Positions 7,116 to 16,309 of a stretch of 32,000 bases of DNA are shown here, piece after piece; position 1 is the stretch's first letter; each line of letters opens with the position of its first letter. Under the pieces are notes generated by a model, which saw only the letters and a program-made list of their open reading frames with translations, did no database searches and was not told where the DNA came from. The position numbers and the translations under genes were made by a program. This DNA is from Vulcanisaeta distributa DSM 14429. GTDB taxonomy: Archaea; Thermoproteota; Thermoprotei; Thermoproteales; Thermocladiaceae. The DNA is taken from positions 600,001 through 632,000 of the forward strand of contig NC_014537.1 in assembly GCF_000148385.1 (NCBI RefSeq), read 5' to 3'.

Positions 7116-9038
7116 ATGGCTAATGAGGTTGGGTTTATCGTTAATGTGGAGAGCCCGCTGGTGTACGTGGTTTCCATAAAGAGGAACAGCGGTGTTAATC
7201 GTTATGACTACGTCTACATACCCATGAGGGACTACGTCAATGATAAGGAGGTTAATGTGAACGTGCTTGGGCAGGTACTATGGATAAGGCGTGAACCATA
7301 TAGGGTTGGGGTTGATGGCTACGTGGCCGACGTACTGGACGACATGCCCAGGGATAGCATTGTCGAGGTTGTCCAGGCCAGAGTAATGGTGCTTGGCTAT
7401 AAGTACGGCGATAGGATATACATGCCGAGGACAACACCCGCCGTGGGTACGCCCGTGTACTTAGCCGACACAGGCATGGTGAGCGAGTTCGTTAGGGTCG
7501 ACCCAGATAGAGCCCTATGCATTGGCAGGCTTTCCCTAAGGTCTGAAGTGCCCTACTGCATAGACATGAATGGCCTCAGGAGGCACCTGGCCATAATAGC
7601 ATCCACGGGCTCTGGGAAGACCTGGTCCTCGGTAATACTCATTGAGGAATTGCTGAAGAAGGGCGCCACGGTACTCGTCATTGACCCGCACGGCGAGTAC
7701 GTGCACATAAAAAGCAGCATCTCAAGGCTTGGTCCTCAATTCCTCGATAAGGTCATCGTAATAACGGCGTCCGAGGTAGGAACCGGCGACTTGAGGTATA
7801 GGATAAACACAATGAAGGTCCAGCCAGAGGTCCTGGCTGACGTGGCTGGCGTTCCGAGGGGCGCGTCCAAGATTAGGTACGTCATATACCTGGTCCACAC
7901 CCTCGTCAGGACCATTGTTAAGCACAGCGGTGCTAGGCAGTTGGGTACCCTGGACTCAATGATTAAGGTCATTAATGAAATCCTTGAGTACGGGGCTAAC
8001 ACGAGCGTAGATAGGGTGTTGAAGAGACTCAATGTATCGCTTGATGATGAGGGCAGGAGGAGGGCGGAGAAGGTGTTGAAGGAGCTTGAGGACTTAATAG
8101 ATAGTAAGACAAAGAAGGCATTGCTCGTTAGCACCAGGGTCTACTTGAGGAGGCTTAGGAGAATTGGGCTCTACACGTATTGGTCACTACCACTTGATAA
8201 GGTCTTGAGGCCGGGCTCCGTAACCATCATCAACCTTGCCGGCCTAAGCGATGAGGTTCAGGACCACGTGGTATACCACATACTGAGTAGGGTGTTTAGG
8301 GCTAGGGTTAATTACGTGAGGAACCTGCCGGGGCCCAGGTATCCATTCCCCGTGGTTGTCATCCTCGAGGAGGCCCATAGGTTCGCCCAACCGAGGGCCG
8401 TTAAATCAACGCTGAGCCTAAGCATAATCTCTAGGATAGCGGGTGAGGGGCGTAAGTTCGGTGTCTACCTAGTCGTGATAACCCAGAGGCCTTCGAAGGT
8501 TGACCCTGACGTACTCAGTCAATGCAATAGCCAAATAATACTGAGGCTCGTTAATCAGAGGGACGTAATGGCCGTACTAAGCGCCAGTGAGGTGCTTAAT
8601 GAGGAGTTGGGCAGGTTAATACCCATGCTTGATGTTGGTGAGGGCATTGTGGTTGGTCCAATAACACCACTACCACTCGTGATTAGGCTCAGGGATAGGG
8701 TGCTTGATTACGGTGGCTCAGACATAGACCTGAGCAAGGCATGGGGTGTCCAGGCTGATTTGAGCGTTGAGGAGTTGAGGGAGGGGGTCGAGAAGGCCCT
8801 TAGCACCAAGGTCGGTGCAAGGAGTGTGCTTGAGGCGGTCTCATTAATTAATGATGTTGGTGATGTGAGTATGGACACTGGGGTCCTCAGTGGTAGGGTT
8901 GGTGGTGCCCATGTTGAGGTCAGGCTCGGTGAGAACACCTGGAGCTGCGAGGTGTGTGGCTCTACATATGAGCCATGTCCACACGTAATAGCACTGACGG
9001 CAAAAGCAATTAAGGATGGGTTGCTGAGGGTTGGTTAG
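7116..9038 (+). CDS. herA: HerA-type hexameric DNA helicase/translocase ATPase with a C-terminal SWIM-like zinc-finger extension
   Basis: It has an N-terminal barrel-like region, Walker A (LAIIASTGSGKTWS), Walker B (VVVILEEAHRFA) and GRKFGVYLVVITQRPSKVDPDVLSQCNSQIILRL, all typical of the HerA/DUF87 family. It sits directly upstream of mre11 and rad50. The last ~100 aa lie beyond the usual core and end in WSCEVCGSTYEPCPHVIAL. Confidence 0.85.
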   Translation: MANEVGFIVNVESPLVYVVSIKRNSGVNRYDYVYIPMRDYVNDKEVNVNVLGQVLWIRREPYRVGVDGYVADVLDDMPRDSIVEVVQARVMVLGYKYGDRIYMPRTTPAVGTPVYLADTGMVSEFVRVDPDRALCIGRLSLRSEVPYCIDMNGLRRHLAIIASTGSGKTWSSVILIEELLKKGATVLVIDPHGEYVHIKSSISRLGPQFLDKVIVITASEVGTGDLRYRINTMKVQPEVLADVAGVPRGASKIRYVIYLVHTLVRTIVKHSGARQLGTLDSMIKVINEILEYGANTSVDRVLKRLNVSLDDEGRRRAEKVLKELEDLIDSKTKKALLVSTRVYLRRLRRIGLYTYWSLPLDKVLRPGSVTIINLAGLSDEVQDHVVYHILSRVFRARVNYVRNLPGPRYPFPVVVILEEAHRFAQPRAVKSTLSLSIISRIAGEGRKFGVYLVVITQRPSKVDPDVLSQCNSQIILRLVNQRDVMAVLSASEVLNEELGRLIPMLDVGEGIVVGPITPLPLVIRLRDRVLDYGGSDIDLSKAWGVQADLSVEELREGVEKALSTKVGARSVLEAVSLINDVGDVSMDTGVLSGRVGGAHVEVRLGENTWSCEVCGSTYEPCPHVIALTAKAIKDGLLRVG

Positions 9039-9039
9039 A

Positions 9040-10284
9040 ATGCTAATTGCGCAATTAGCCGACATACACCTTGGCCATCGCCAGTACGGGTTAGACGAGA
9101 GGCTCGAGGACTACAACAGAGCATTCCTGAGCGCGGTTGATGAGTTGGTACGGCTTAGGGAGGAGAGGGGGTTAGACACCGTGGTAATTAGTGGCGACTT
9201 CTTCGACACCCAGAGACCATCACCCAGCATATACATAACGGCGATTAGGGGGTTAGCGAGACTTAGGGAGGCTGGGATAAGGGTCATAGCCATAAGGGGT
9301 AATCACGACTCATCAGTCATAAACCCAGTCGAGAATCCACTCGCCGTGCTCCACCAAATGGGTTTGATTCAGTACCTGGATAATAACTACGTGGACCTGG
9401 GCGAAGTCAGGGTGATTGGGGTCGGCACGGTGTACACGGATATGCAGAATAGGCTTATCAATTCATTAAATGCCCTGAGGGGTGGTGGCATCAACATAGC
9501 CGTTATTCATCAATACATCGAGGGCGCGCCGTACATATACCCAATGCCCAACGTGGATGTGTTCATGATTAATGAGAAGCCACTGGCTCAATTGGACATT
9601 GATTACTTCGCCGTGGGGCACATACACGAGCATGAACTCAGGCACCCGAGGATCAACGCTGTTTACCCAGGTTCACTCGAGATATGGGATGCCAGGGAGT
9701 TCGAGGTTTATGAGTACTCCAATGGAAAACTAAGGAAGGTTAAGGACCTAGACCCAAAGGGCTTTCTACTACTTGATGTTGGTGGCAATGGCGTTAAGGT
9801 CAGCGGTGTTAGGCTTGGGGTCTCTAGGAGGCTTATCAGGGTGAGGGTTAAGTATGATGAGGCAAAGCCCAGTGTTGTTAGGAGTGACGTGGCCTACATA
9901 GCCAGCAACATGGATCAGAGGGGTTCGTTGATCATCCTGGAGGTTGAGGGCAGGGTGGCCGGTGGCTACTCGACCAGGGACTTCAACGCCAATGCGCTTA
10001 GGAAGCTTTTCAGTAGGGCTTGGGTCGACGTTAGGCTAAGCCTGGAGAGACAGGTTGGTGGGGGTGAGAGGTCGGTTAGGGTGTTTGGCGGTATTAATGA
10101 GATAATTAGGCAGGCCCTTAGGTCCAGGTTGGGTAATGATGAGTTGGTGGGTGTCGTCATGGACATTATCGAGAGGGTTAGGGCCGATGATGAGGATGGA
10201 GCGTTGAAGGTCCTCGAGAACCTGGTCGGTGTACCACTCAGGGGTAGTAAATCAATCACTGATTGGTTGGGTGTTCAGAAATGA
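9040..10284 (+). CDS. mre11: Mre11 DNA double-strand-break repair nuclease
   Basis: Calcineurin-like phosphoesterase motifs occur in order: ADIHLG, SGDFFD, RGNHD, AVIHQY, VGHIHEH. I prefer ATG 9040 (MLIAQLADIHLG), one nt after the herA stop (9036-9038). The track's TTG 9031 is the alternative. Confidence 0.9.
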   Translation: MLIAQLADIHLGHRQYGLDERLEDYNRAFLSAVDELVRLREERGLDTVVISGDFFDTQRPSPSIYITAIRGLARLREAGIRVIAIRGNHDSSVINPVENPLAVLHQMGLIQYLDNNYVDLGEVRVIGVGTVYTDMQNRLINSLNALRGGGINIAVIHQYIEGAPYIYPMPNVDVFMINEKPLAQLDIDYFAVGHIHEHELRHPRINAVYPGSLEIWDAREFEVYEYSNGKLRKVKDLDPKGFLLLDVGGNGVKVSGVRLGVSRRLIRVRVKYDEAKPSVVRSDVAYIASNMDQRGSLIILEVEGRVAGGYSTRDFNANALRKLFSRAWVDVRLSLERQVGGGERSVRVFGGINEIIRQALRSRLGNDELVGVVMDIIERVRADDEDGALKVLENLVGVPLRGSKSITDWLGVQK

Positions 10285-12692
10285 TTACTAAGGTTGAGAT
10301 TGAGAACTTCAGGTCGATAATGAGGGGTAAGGCAGTAATTACCGAGGGCATAAACTTCATACATGGGCCAAACGGCTCCGGTAAGACGAGCATACTTGAG
10401 GCAATAGCAATAGCCCTATACGGCTCCGAATGGGTTAGGGGTAAGTACAGGCTTAGCGACCTCGTTAGGCGCGGCGCGTCCAGCGCCGTTATTCGCCTTG
10501 AGTACGTGGGAATTGATGGGCGTAAATACCTCATACAGAGGGCCTTCAGCACCGAGAGAACCCTTGAGTCGCAGACCTACGTCCTCGATGAGGGTGGTAG
10601 GAGGGTTGCGGCTAGGGATAGGGAGGTCACGCAATTCGTGGTTAAAACCACGGGTATAGACCTCGACACATTCTCGGAACTACTCTACGTAAGGCAGGGC
10701 GAGATTAGGGAGATACTCAGGAGTGGTAGGAAGGGCGAGTTTAAGTTGGACACCCTGCTCAGGCTTGATGCCATTGAGAGGGCTAGGCAGGACGTGGTTA
10801 GGGAGGGGCTTAGGGCCGTGACCAGCATTACCGAGGGGCTTAGGGGTAGGCTTGAGGTACTTGAGCGTGAATTAAGGAGTAGGAGGGAGGAGTTAGCCAA
10901 ACTAGAGAGCGAGGTCTCCAGCGCCGAGAAGGCTCTGGGCGAGAGGGAGGGTGAGCTTAGGGCTGTTGAGGAGGAGTTGAATAAGTTAATGAGTAGTGAG
11001 GAGGAGATGGAGAGGCTTGAGGGTGAGTATGCGGAGTTGAAGCAGAGGCTCTCCATGCTCAGTGAAGAGGAGGGCAGGGTCTTGAGCGAGTTAGATGCGT
11101 TGAGGAACACCCTAAACCAACTAAGCCAGTTGAGGGCTAGGGTCGTTGAGCTTGAGTCGGTGGTGTCCAGGGAAGGCGAGTTGAGGGCCAGGATTGAGGA
11201 GTTAATGAGGAGGAAGGATGATGTCAGGGCAAGGCTGGCGCTGGTCCAGGGCTATAGGCAGAGGGCTGAGGAGATTAGGAGGGAGTTGGGGAGTATCGAG
11301 GGTAGTATTAAGGAGTTGAATGATGAGTTGGACAGGATTAATGGACTTAAGGAAAGAGCAGAGGAGCTGAGGAGGAGGTTGGCTAGGAGGGCGTCGATAG
11401 ACGTGGAGATCAATAGTGTTAGGGAGGAGCTCGCCAAGGTTGATGTGGAGATCGAGCATGTGGAGACGGAGTTAAACCTGCTGAGGGGTGGTTCTGTCGA
11501 GAGGTGCCCATTGTGTGGTAGGCCATTGAGTAGGGAGTTGGCCCAGGAGCTTGTGGTGAGTAGGGAGGTTAGGCTTAGGGAGTTGATGAGGAAGAGGGAT
11601 GAGTTAAGGAGCAGGTTGAGCAGGCTTAGTGGTGAGGTTGAGGAGTTGAGTAGGTTGGAGGGTGAGTTGAGGAGTATCGAGGGGGAGTTGAGTAGGGAGG
11701 GCGTCATTAGGGCGTCCCTTGAGGACCTACGCAGGAGGAGGGACTCACTGTTTGAGGAGTTATCGAGGATTAGCGGCTATAGTGAGGAGTCACTGAGGAG
11801 GGAGTTGGAGGGTATCGAGGGGGAGTTGAGTAGGTTGAATAGTGAGCTTGAGGGGTTGGGTAGGGCTAAGGTTGAGCTTGCTGAGTTGAGGGGTAGGTTG
11901 GCGAGTGTTGATGAGTTGGAGAGGAGGGTTAGGGATGGTGAGGCTAGGCTATTGAATATACACAGTGAGAGGTTGAGTGTTGAGGGTAGGCTTAGGGAGT
12001 TGGAGGGGAGGATTAGGGAGCTTGAGGGTGTTAGGGCTAGGATTAAGGAGTTGAGTGTGAGGAGGGACTTGTTGGTTAGGGAGGTTGGGGAGTTGAGGGG
12101 TAGGGTCAACGCGCTTAGGGATAGGATTGAGAAGTTGAGGGGTGAGTTGGCGAGTAGGGAGTCGGAGGTGGGTAGGGTTAAGGGTGAGTTGGGTAAGTAC
12201 GTTGGTGCTTCGGACATGCTCAGTAAGCTTCAGCAGGTCCTTGATGACGTCAAGCCCGTGGTTAGGAGGATATTCCTTGATTCGGTTAATGAGGAGTTGA
12301 ATGTAATGATGAGAGAGCTTATGCACAAGGCCTCGTACGCGTCCGTGGAGGTTAATGAGGACTACGAAGTGGTGGTCAGGAGGAATGATGGGGTCTCACT
12401 ACCCGTTGAGGCGTTGTCCATAGGCGAGAGGAACCTGGTGTCCCTAATGCTTAGGTACGCAATTGCCAGGGTGGTCATGGGCGTAATACCGATACTAATA
12501 CTTGATGAGCCCACGGAGCACTTGGACGAGGAGCATAGGCGTAGGGTTGGTGATTGGATTAGGAGCCTGAGTAATGGCGTTAGGACCGTGATAATAACGT
12601 CCCACGTGGACGTCCTAGAGACTATAGCCGACAATGTAATAAGGGTTGGCTTCATCAATGAGAGGGGTGAGAGTATGTTCGCGAACTCATGA
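10281..12692 (+). CDS. rad50: Rad50 SMC-like ATPase
   Basis: Walker A is GPNGSGKTS. Long Glu/Leu/Arg-rich coiled coils flank a central zinc hook, CPLC (11505-11516). The signature-like motif is LSIGE (12414-12428), Walker B is ILILDEPT and the H-loop is IITSH. ATG 10281 overlaps the mre11 stop as ATGA. Confidence 0.9.
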   Translation: MITKVEIENFRSIMRGKAVITEGINFIHGPNGSGKTSILEAIAIALYGSEWVRGKYRLSDLVRRGASSAVIRLEYVGIDGRKYLIQRAFSTERTLESQTYVLDEGGRRVAARDREVTQFVVKTTGIDLDTFSELLYVRQGEIREILRSGRKGEFKLDTLLRLDAIERARQDVVREGLRAVTSITEGLRGRLEVLERELRSRREELAKLESEVSSAEKALGEREGELRAVEEELNKLMSSEEEMERLEGEYAELKQRLSMLSEEEGRVLSELDALRNTLNQLSQLRARVVELESVVSREGELRARIEELMRRKDDVRARLALVQGYRQRAEEIRRELGSIEGSIKELNDELDRINGLKERAEELRRRLARRASIDVEINSVREELAKVDVEIEHVETELNLLRGGSVERCPLCGRPLSRELAQELVVSREVRLRELMRKRDELRSRLSRLSGEVEELSRLEGELRSIEGELSREGVIRASLEDLRRRRDSLFEELSRISGYSEESLRRELEGIEGELSRLNSELEGLGRAKVELAELRGRLASVDELERRVRDGEARLLNIHSERLSVEGRLRELEGRIRELEGVRARIKELSVRRDLLVREVGELRGRVNALRDRIEKLRGELASRESEVGRVKGELGKYVGASDMLSKLQQVLDDVKPVVRRIFLDSVNEELNVMMRELMHKASYASVEVNEDYEVVVRRNDGVSLPVEALSIGERNLVSLMLRYAIARVVMGVIPILILDEPTEHLDEEHRRRVGDWIRSLSNGVRTVIITSHVDVLETIADNVIRVGFINERGESMFANS

Positions 12693-12703
12693 TGAGGAAG
12701 TAA

Positions 12704-12716
12704 TTTTATATTTTTA
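12704..12716 (+). promoter_or_regulatory. T/A-rich element TTTTATATTTTTA: a likely TATA box for the downstream gene and a possible oligo-T terminator for rad50
   Basis: It begins 12 nt after the rad50 stop and ends 24 nt before ATG 12740. Confidence 0.35.
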
Positions 12717-12739
12717 ACCTAAGCCATTAACCTGAGATT

Positions 12740-13600
12740 ATGGCTAGGGGTATACCGGCCTACGCCCTTGGTGGCTTGATAATACTCGTGGGATTCATAG
12801 CATCCCTCTCCCTCATACTCTCAATACCGTCACCGCTGACCACCGTGACGGGTTACCTAAACCTAACCGCGAATGCGTACCTAGGCTTTGGGAACAACCT
12901 ACTCGTTATAATAGGTACTAATAACTTCAACTTCCCAATAACTGAACTAAACATTTACATACCCAGGACTGGCACAAACATAATAATAAGCGGCAAGATA
13001 CCCAGCGGCTCATACTTCCTAGTCATGATATACCAGGGACCAAATAATACCGTGATCATAGCGCCTGGACTAAACGTGACTGGTTACCCAGGAAACCTAG
13101 CCAACCTAACAAAATCCGGAGTCGCCTATAGATTCAACGCCACCGCCCTAGTCTACGGCGTTGTTAAGAGGGGGTCATTCCAATTAACGACCCAGGACTC
13201 AGGCGTGGTGTACGCCGTGCCTGTCATAACGAACCTCTCGAGACCAATCCTCGGGGTCTACGTATTCCAAATGGCCCCGATGGGGAGTACAAACGTCACC
13301 GGCTTCAACCTGGTCTCCCTTGGGCAGGTGATTGGTGAGGTTAGGTGCAACGTCAGTGAGCCCATACCGGTATTGCCGAGTGGTCTCACGTACTTCGCAA
13401 TAAACATATCCTCAACAAATGGCACGCTGAAACCGTTGGGCATTTGGTATGACTGCAATGCAACACCAACAACATCACTACCAACACTCCTCTACCTGAA
13501 CCTCGCCCTGAGGTACGTCTATACATACAATAATATAGTGATTAGGAGGGAGGATTGGTTCCCCGTGTATATACTGCCCATGCAAATGAGTAATACGTAA
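12740..13600 (+). CDS. Hypothetical extracellular or membrane-anchored glycoprotein
   Basis: 286 aa with an N-terminal hydrophobic anchor (MARGIPAYALGGLIILVGFIASLSLILSI) followed by a beta-rich region with many N-x-S/T sequons. I recognise no family. Confidence 0.5.
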   Translation: MARGIPAYALGGLIILVGFIASLSLILSIPSPLTTVTGYLNLTANAYLGFGNNLLVIIGTNNFNFPITELNIYIPRTGTNIIISGKIPSGSYFLVMIYQGPNNTVIIAPGLNVTGYPGNLANLTKSGVAYRFNATALVYGVVKRGSFQLTTQDSGVVYAVPVITNLSRPILGVYVFQMAPMGSTNVTGFNLVSLGQVIGEVRCNVSEPIPVLPSGLTYFAINISSTNGTLKPLGIWYDCNATPTTSLPTLLYLNLALRYVYTYNNIVIRREDWFPVYILPMQMSNT

Positions 13601-13624
13601 TAAGCCGGGCCGCATTACTAAACC

Positions 13625-15019
13625 GTGGGTGAGGGCTTTAACTACCTATTCAACCCCAGGTCAATAGCCATAATAGGCGCCACGGCTAGGGAGGGGAGCG
13701 TCGGCGGCGTCATAACCAGGAACCTACTCACCAAGTTCCGGGGCAGGGTCTACCTAGTCAACCCAAGCTACACGGAATTACTGGGCCACAGGGTCTACAG
13801 ATCCGTGCTTGAGATCCCTGATGAGGTTGACCTAGCCGTAATAGTCACGCCGGCGCCCACCGTACCGAGGATAATGAGTGAGTGTGCGGCTAAGGGCGTT
13901 AAAGTGGCCGTAGTAATTAGTGGTGGCTTTAGCGAGACTGGTGAGGATGGGGCGAGGCTCGAGAGGGAGGTTAGGGAGGCATCCCAGGGCAGGGTTAGGA
14001 TACTAGGCCCAAACTGCATTGGAGTTTACAACGCCTTTAATGGCTTAGACACATTCTTCATACCGCAGGGTAGGATGGAGAGGCCTAGGGCTGGGCCGAT
14101 AGCCCTTATAAGCCAGAGTGGTGCGGTCGCTGCGGCGATCCTCGATTGGGCGGCTAGGAAGGGTATTGGTGTTGGCATTGCCGTGAACTACGGGAATAAG
14201 CTCGACATTAGCGAGGTGGAGTTGCTCGAGGCTTTGGCGGGTAATGAGGATTTGAGGGTCGTGGTCATGTACGTGGAGGGGTTGAAGTACCCTGGGGAGG
14301 GCAGGAGGTTGCTTGAGGTTATGAGGCGGGTGACTAAGGTTAAGCCCGTGATTGTCTATAAGGCTGGTAGGTCGAAGTCCTCGGGTAGGGCCGTTAAGTC
14401 CCACACCGCCGCCCTGGCGGGTAATTACGAGATCTACAGGGCAATGCTGAGGCAGGCAGGTGCCATAGAGGTTAATAACTTGATGGATGCGCTCGAGGTC
14501 GCTAAGGCATTAGCCACGCAGCCGTTGCCAAGGGGAAACAGGGTCTTAATAATCACCGATAGTGGTGGTGCCGGTGTTCAGGCTGTTGATAATGTGGAGT
14601 CCGTTGGATTGGTAGTGCCCGAACTGCCTCAGGAGGTTCGGAGCACCCTGGCCAAGTCATTACCACCCTTCGCAAGCACTGCAAACCCGATTGACTTGAC
14701 GGGTAGTGCCACGGACGCCATGTACAAGTTCGTCCTAGACACCGTACTACCGACCGGCCACATCGACATGGCGCTGGTACTAGCCCAAATGCAGTTGCCT
14801 GGCATGACGCCTAAGCTTGCGGATTACATAATCGAGGCCAGGAGGTTCGGTAAGCCAATAGTTGTTTATGGAATCAGTGCGAATGAGGATGCGAGGGCCT
14901 TCAAGGCTAGGCTTGAGGAGGGTGGTGTGCCGACGTACGATAGGTTGGAGACCGCGGCTAACGCCCTGAGGGCTCTGTACGAATACGCGGTCACCAGGGG
15001 GTTAGTCCGCCCTCGTTAG
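13625..15019 (+). CDS. ADP-forming acetyl-CoA synthetase alpha subunit / CoA-binding NDP-forming acyl-CoA synthetase
   Basis: The blocks LFNPRSIAIIGATAREGSVGG, VDLAVIVTPA, AVVISGGFSETGEDG, ILGPNCIGV and KSHTAALAG (phospho-His region) are characteristic of the ACD alpha / succinyl-CoA-ligase-like fold. Start is GTG. No beta-subunit gene is adjacent. Confidence 0.8.
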   Translation: MGEGFNYLFNPRSIAIIGATAREGSVGGVITRNLLTKFRGRVYLVNPSYTELLGHRVYRSVLEIPDEVDLAVIVTPAPTVPRIMSECAAKGVKVAVVISGGFSETGEDGARLEREVREASQGRVRILGPNCIGVYNAFNGLDTFFIPQGRMERPRAGPIALISQSGAVAAAILDWAARKGIGVGIAVNYGNKLDISEVELLEALAGNEDLRVVVMYVEGLKYPGEGRRLLEVMRRVTKVKPVIVYKAGRSKSSGRAVKSHTAALAGNYEIYRAMLRQAGAIEVNNLMDALEVAKALATQPLPRGNRVLIITDSGGAGVQAVDNVESVGLVVPELPQEVRSTLAKSLPPFASTANPIDLTGSATDAMYKFVLDTVLPTGHIDMALVLAQMQLPGMTPKLADYIIEARRFGKPIVVYGISANEDARAFKARLEEGGVPTYDRLETAANALRALYEYAVTRGLVRPR

Positions 15020-16201
15020 TCGTACCCTACAGGCCTCGCGCCTGTACACTACGGCGCCGACTATGGTTGTTATCAACACCATGAGTATTATGATGCCGAA
15101 CTCACCCATGTTAATTAAGCCACTGCTTAACCCTATGGATGCGATTACGAGTCCCATCTCACCCCTGGGTATCATGCCGTAGCTGACGACCATTGAGTCA
15201 CGGCGATTACGAAGCCTTAGGTAGGCGAATGGGTATATACCAACGACCTTACCAACCACCGCTGCTAATGAAACCACGAGTGCCACCACCAGTACCTCAG
15301 TATTGAGTATATACCTGAAGTTTAGTTGTAGGCCCATGGCTATGAAGAATATGGAGCCGAATATGGCCAGTAACACGTTCACAGTCTCCCTAACCCTCTG
15401 CGAGGACCTGCTCTCAGCAACGGCCACGCCTGCTATGAACGCGGCAATGACCTCGGAAAAGCCCAGCGTGGTCATTATGAGGACTATGCCGAAGAGGACC
15501 ACTAGGGATGCGTAGGTAATCACCTCCTCACCAACCCTATTCAGGGCCCTGGGTATGAATAGCACGGACAGTATGAATACCAGGACCCAAAGGGCCACGG
15601 TCTTGACAGCCGCGATTATGGCGCCATACGTGAAGCCGCCGGCGCCCACGGTGGTTATGACCATGGAAAGGAGTATTAGAGCCACGACATCGTCTATCGA
15701 CGCCGCCGTGATCAAAACCCTAGTGCTTGGTAGACCCGTCAAGCCTTCACGCTCGATGATTCCGGCGACCACGGCTAGGCTCGTGGGTGCCGTCGATAGG
15801 GCAATTATCGCGGATTCCGTGGGTTGCAACCCAACGGTTGTTAAGGCCCAGTAGACCAGGGCGAAGGGGGTTATGGCCCCGAAGACGGCGGCTAATACGC
15901 CGTATATGCCGCCTTCCCTGAGTGTGGATAGGCCGTGCTCAAGGCCCGAGGCGAAGAGTAGGAGTATTATTGAGAGGTTTGTTAGGAATAGTAGGTAATC
16001 ATTGATTGTGAATAACTCCAGGTGCATGAACGCGTTCAGTAGTGAGCCCAGTGCGTATGGGCTTAGGGCAAGTCCTATCAGGAGTTCGGCGACTACCCTG
16101 GGAAAGCCATACCTAGAGAGGACACCACCGGCCAAGTCAGCTAGTAGGATTAGTATGCTAACCTCAAGGAGCGTGAGGAAGATAGTCTCGCCAGTAGGCA
16201 C
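15002..16201 (-). CDS. Cation:proton antiporter (CPA2 / Kef-NapA type)
   Basis: 399 aa with about 11-12 TM helices and the general sequence character of the Na+/H+ exchanger family (LLIGLALSPYALG..., ITAASIDDVVALILLS). Start is GTG 16201. It converges on the ACD gene and overlaps it by 18 nt. Confidence 0.75.
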   Translation of the reverse strand: MPTGETIFLTLLEVSILILLADLAGGVLSRYGFPRVVAELLIGLALSPYALGSLLNAFMHLELFTINDYLLFLTNLSIILLLFASGLEHGLSTLREGGIYGVLAAVFGAITPFALVYWALTTVGLQPTESAIIALSTAPTSLAVVAGIIEREGLTGLPSTRVLITAASIDDVVALILLSMVITTVGAGGFTYGAIIAAVKTVALWVLVFILSVLFIPRALNRVGEEVITYASLVVLFGIVLIMTTLGFSEVIAAFIAGVAVAESRSSQRVRETVNVLLAIFGSIFFIAMGLQLNFRYILNTEVLVVALVVSLAAVVGKVVGIYPFAYLRLRNRRDSMVVSYGMIPRGEMGLVIASIGLSSGLINMGEFGIIILMVLITTIVGAVVYRREACRVRLTRAD

Positions 16202-16309
16202 AGGCTGCGTTGGGTGTTCGCCTTAATAAACAATACTTCGGGCCCCCTTTAATTAGAAACAGAAAATAAAACCATTTTTAACACCATGCAATAACACAGC
16301 CACTGCACA

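Noticed and set aside
11674-11834. An exact 23-bp direct repeat, considered as a possible CRISPR or tandem-repeat element
   Set aside because: There are only two exact copies. They are in frame inside the rad50 coiled-coil region, encode the same heptad-like peptide, have no spacer/repeat regularity, and no cas genes are nearby.
10685-12326. Long minus-strand ORFs antisense to rad50 (141, 151, 146, 125 and 85 aa), rich in Ser, Leu and Pro
   Set aside because: They are shadow frames of the GAG/AGG/CTT-rich coiled-coil codons. The plus-strand frame has full Rad50 motifs, and the antisense products are low-complexity.
12689-12735. C/D-box sRNA-like arrangement: ATGATGA at the rad50 stop and CTGA 36 nt downstream
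   Set aside because: There are no internal D'/C' boxes and no terminal stem. The intervening sequence is an AT-rich promoter/terminator tract that is implausible as a guide in a hyperthermophile. Other TGATGA occurrences (for example 21634-21670, 10183-10260) lie inside CDSs without proper box spacing.
12740-12830. A type IV pilin-like (class III) signal peptide in the 286-aa glycoprotein (MARG/IPAYALGG...)
   Set aside because: Pro at +2 after the putative cleavage Gly and the lack of a longer charged leader do not fit the usual prepilin peptidase motif. It is treated as an ordinary signal/anchor.
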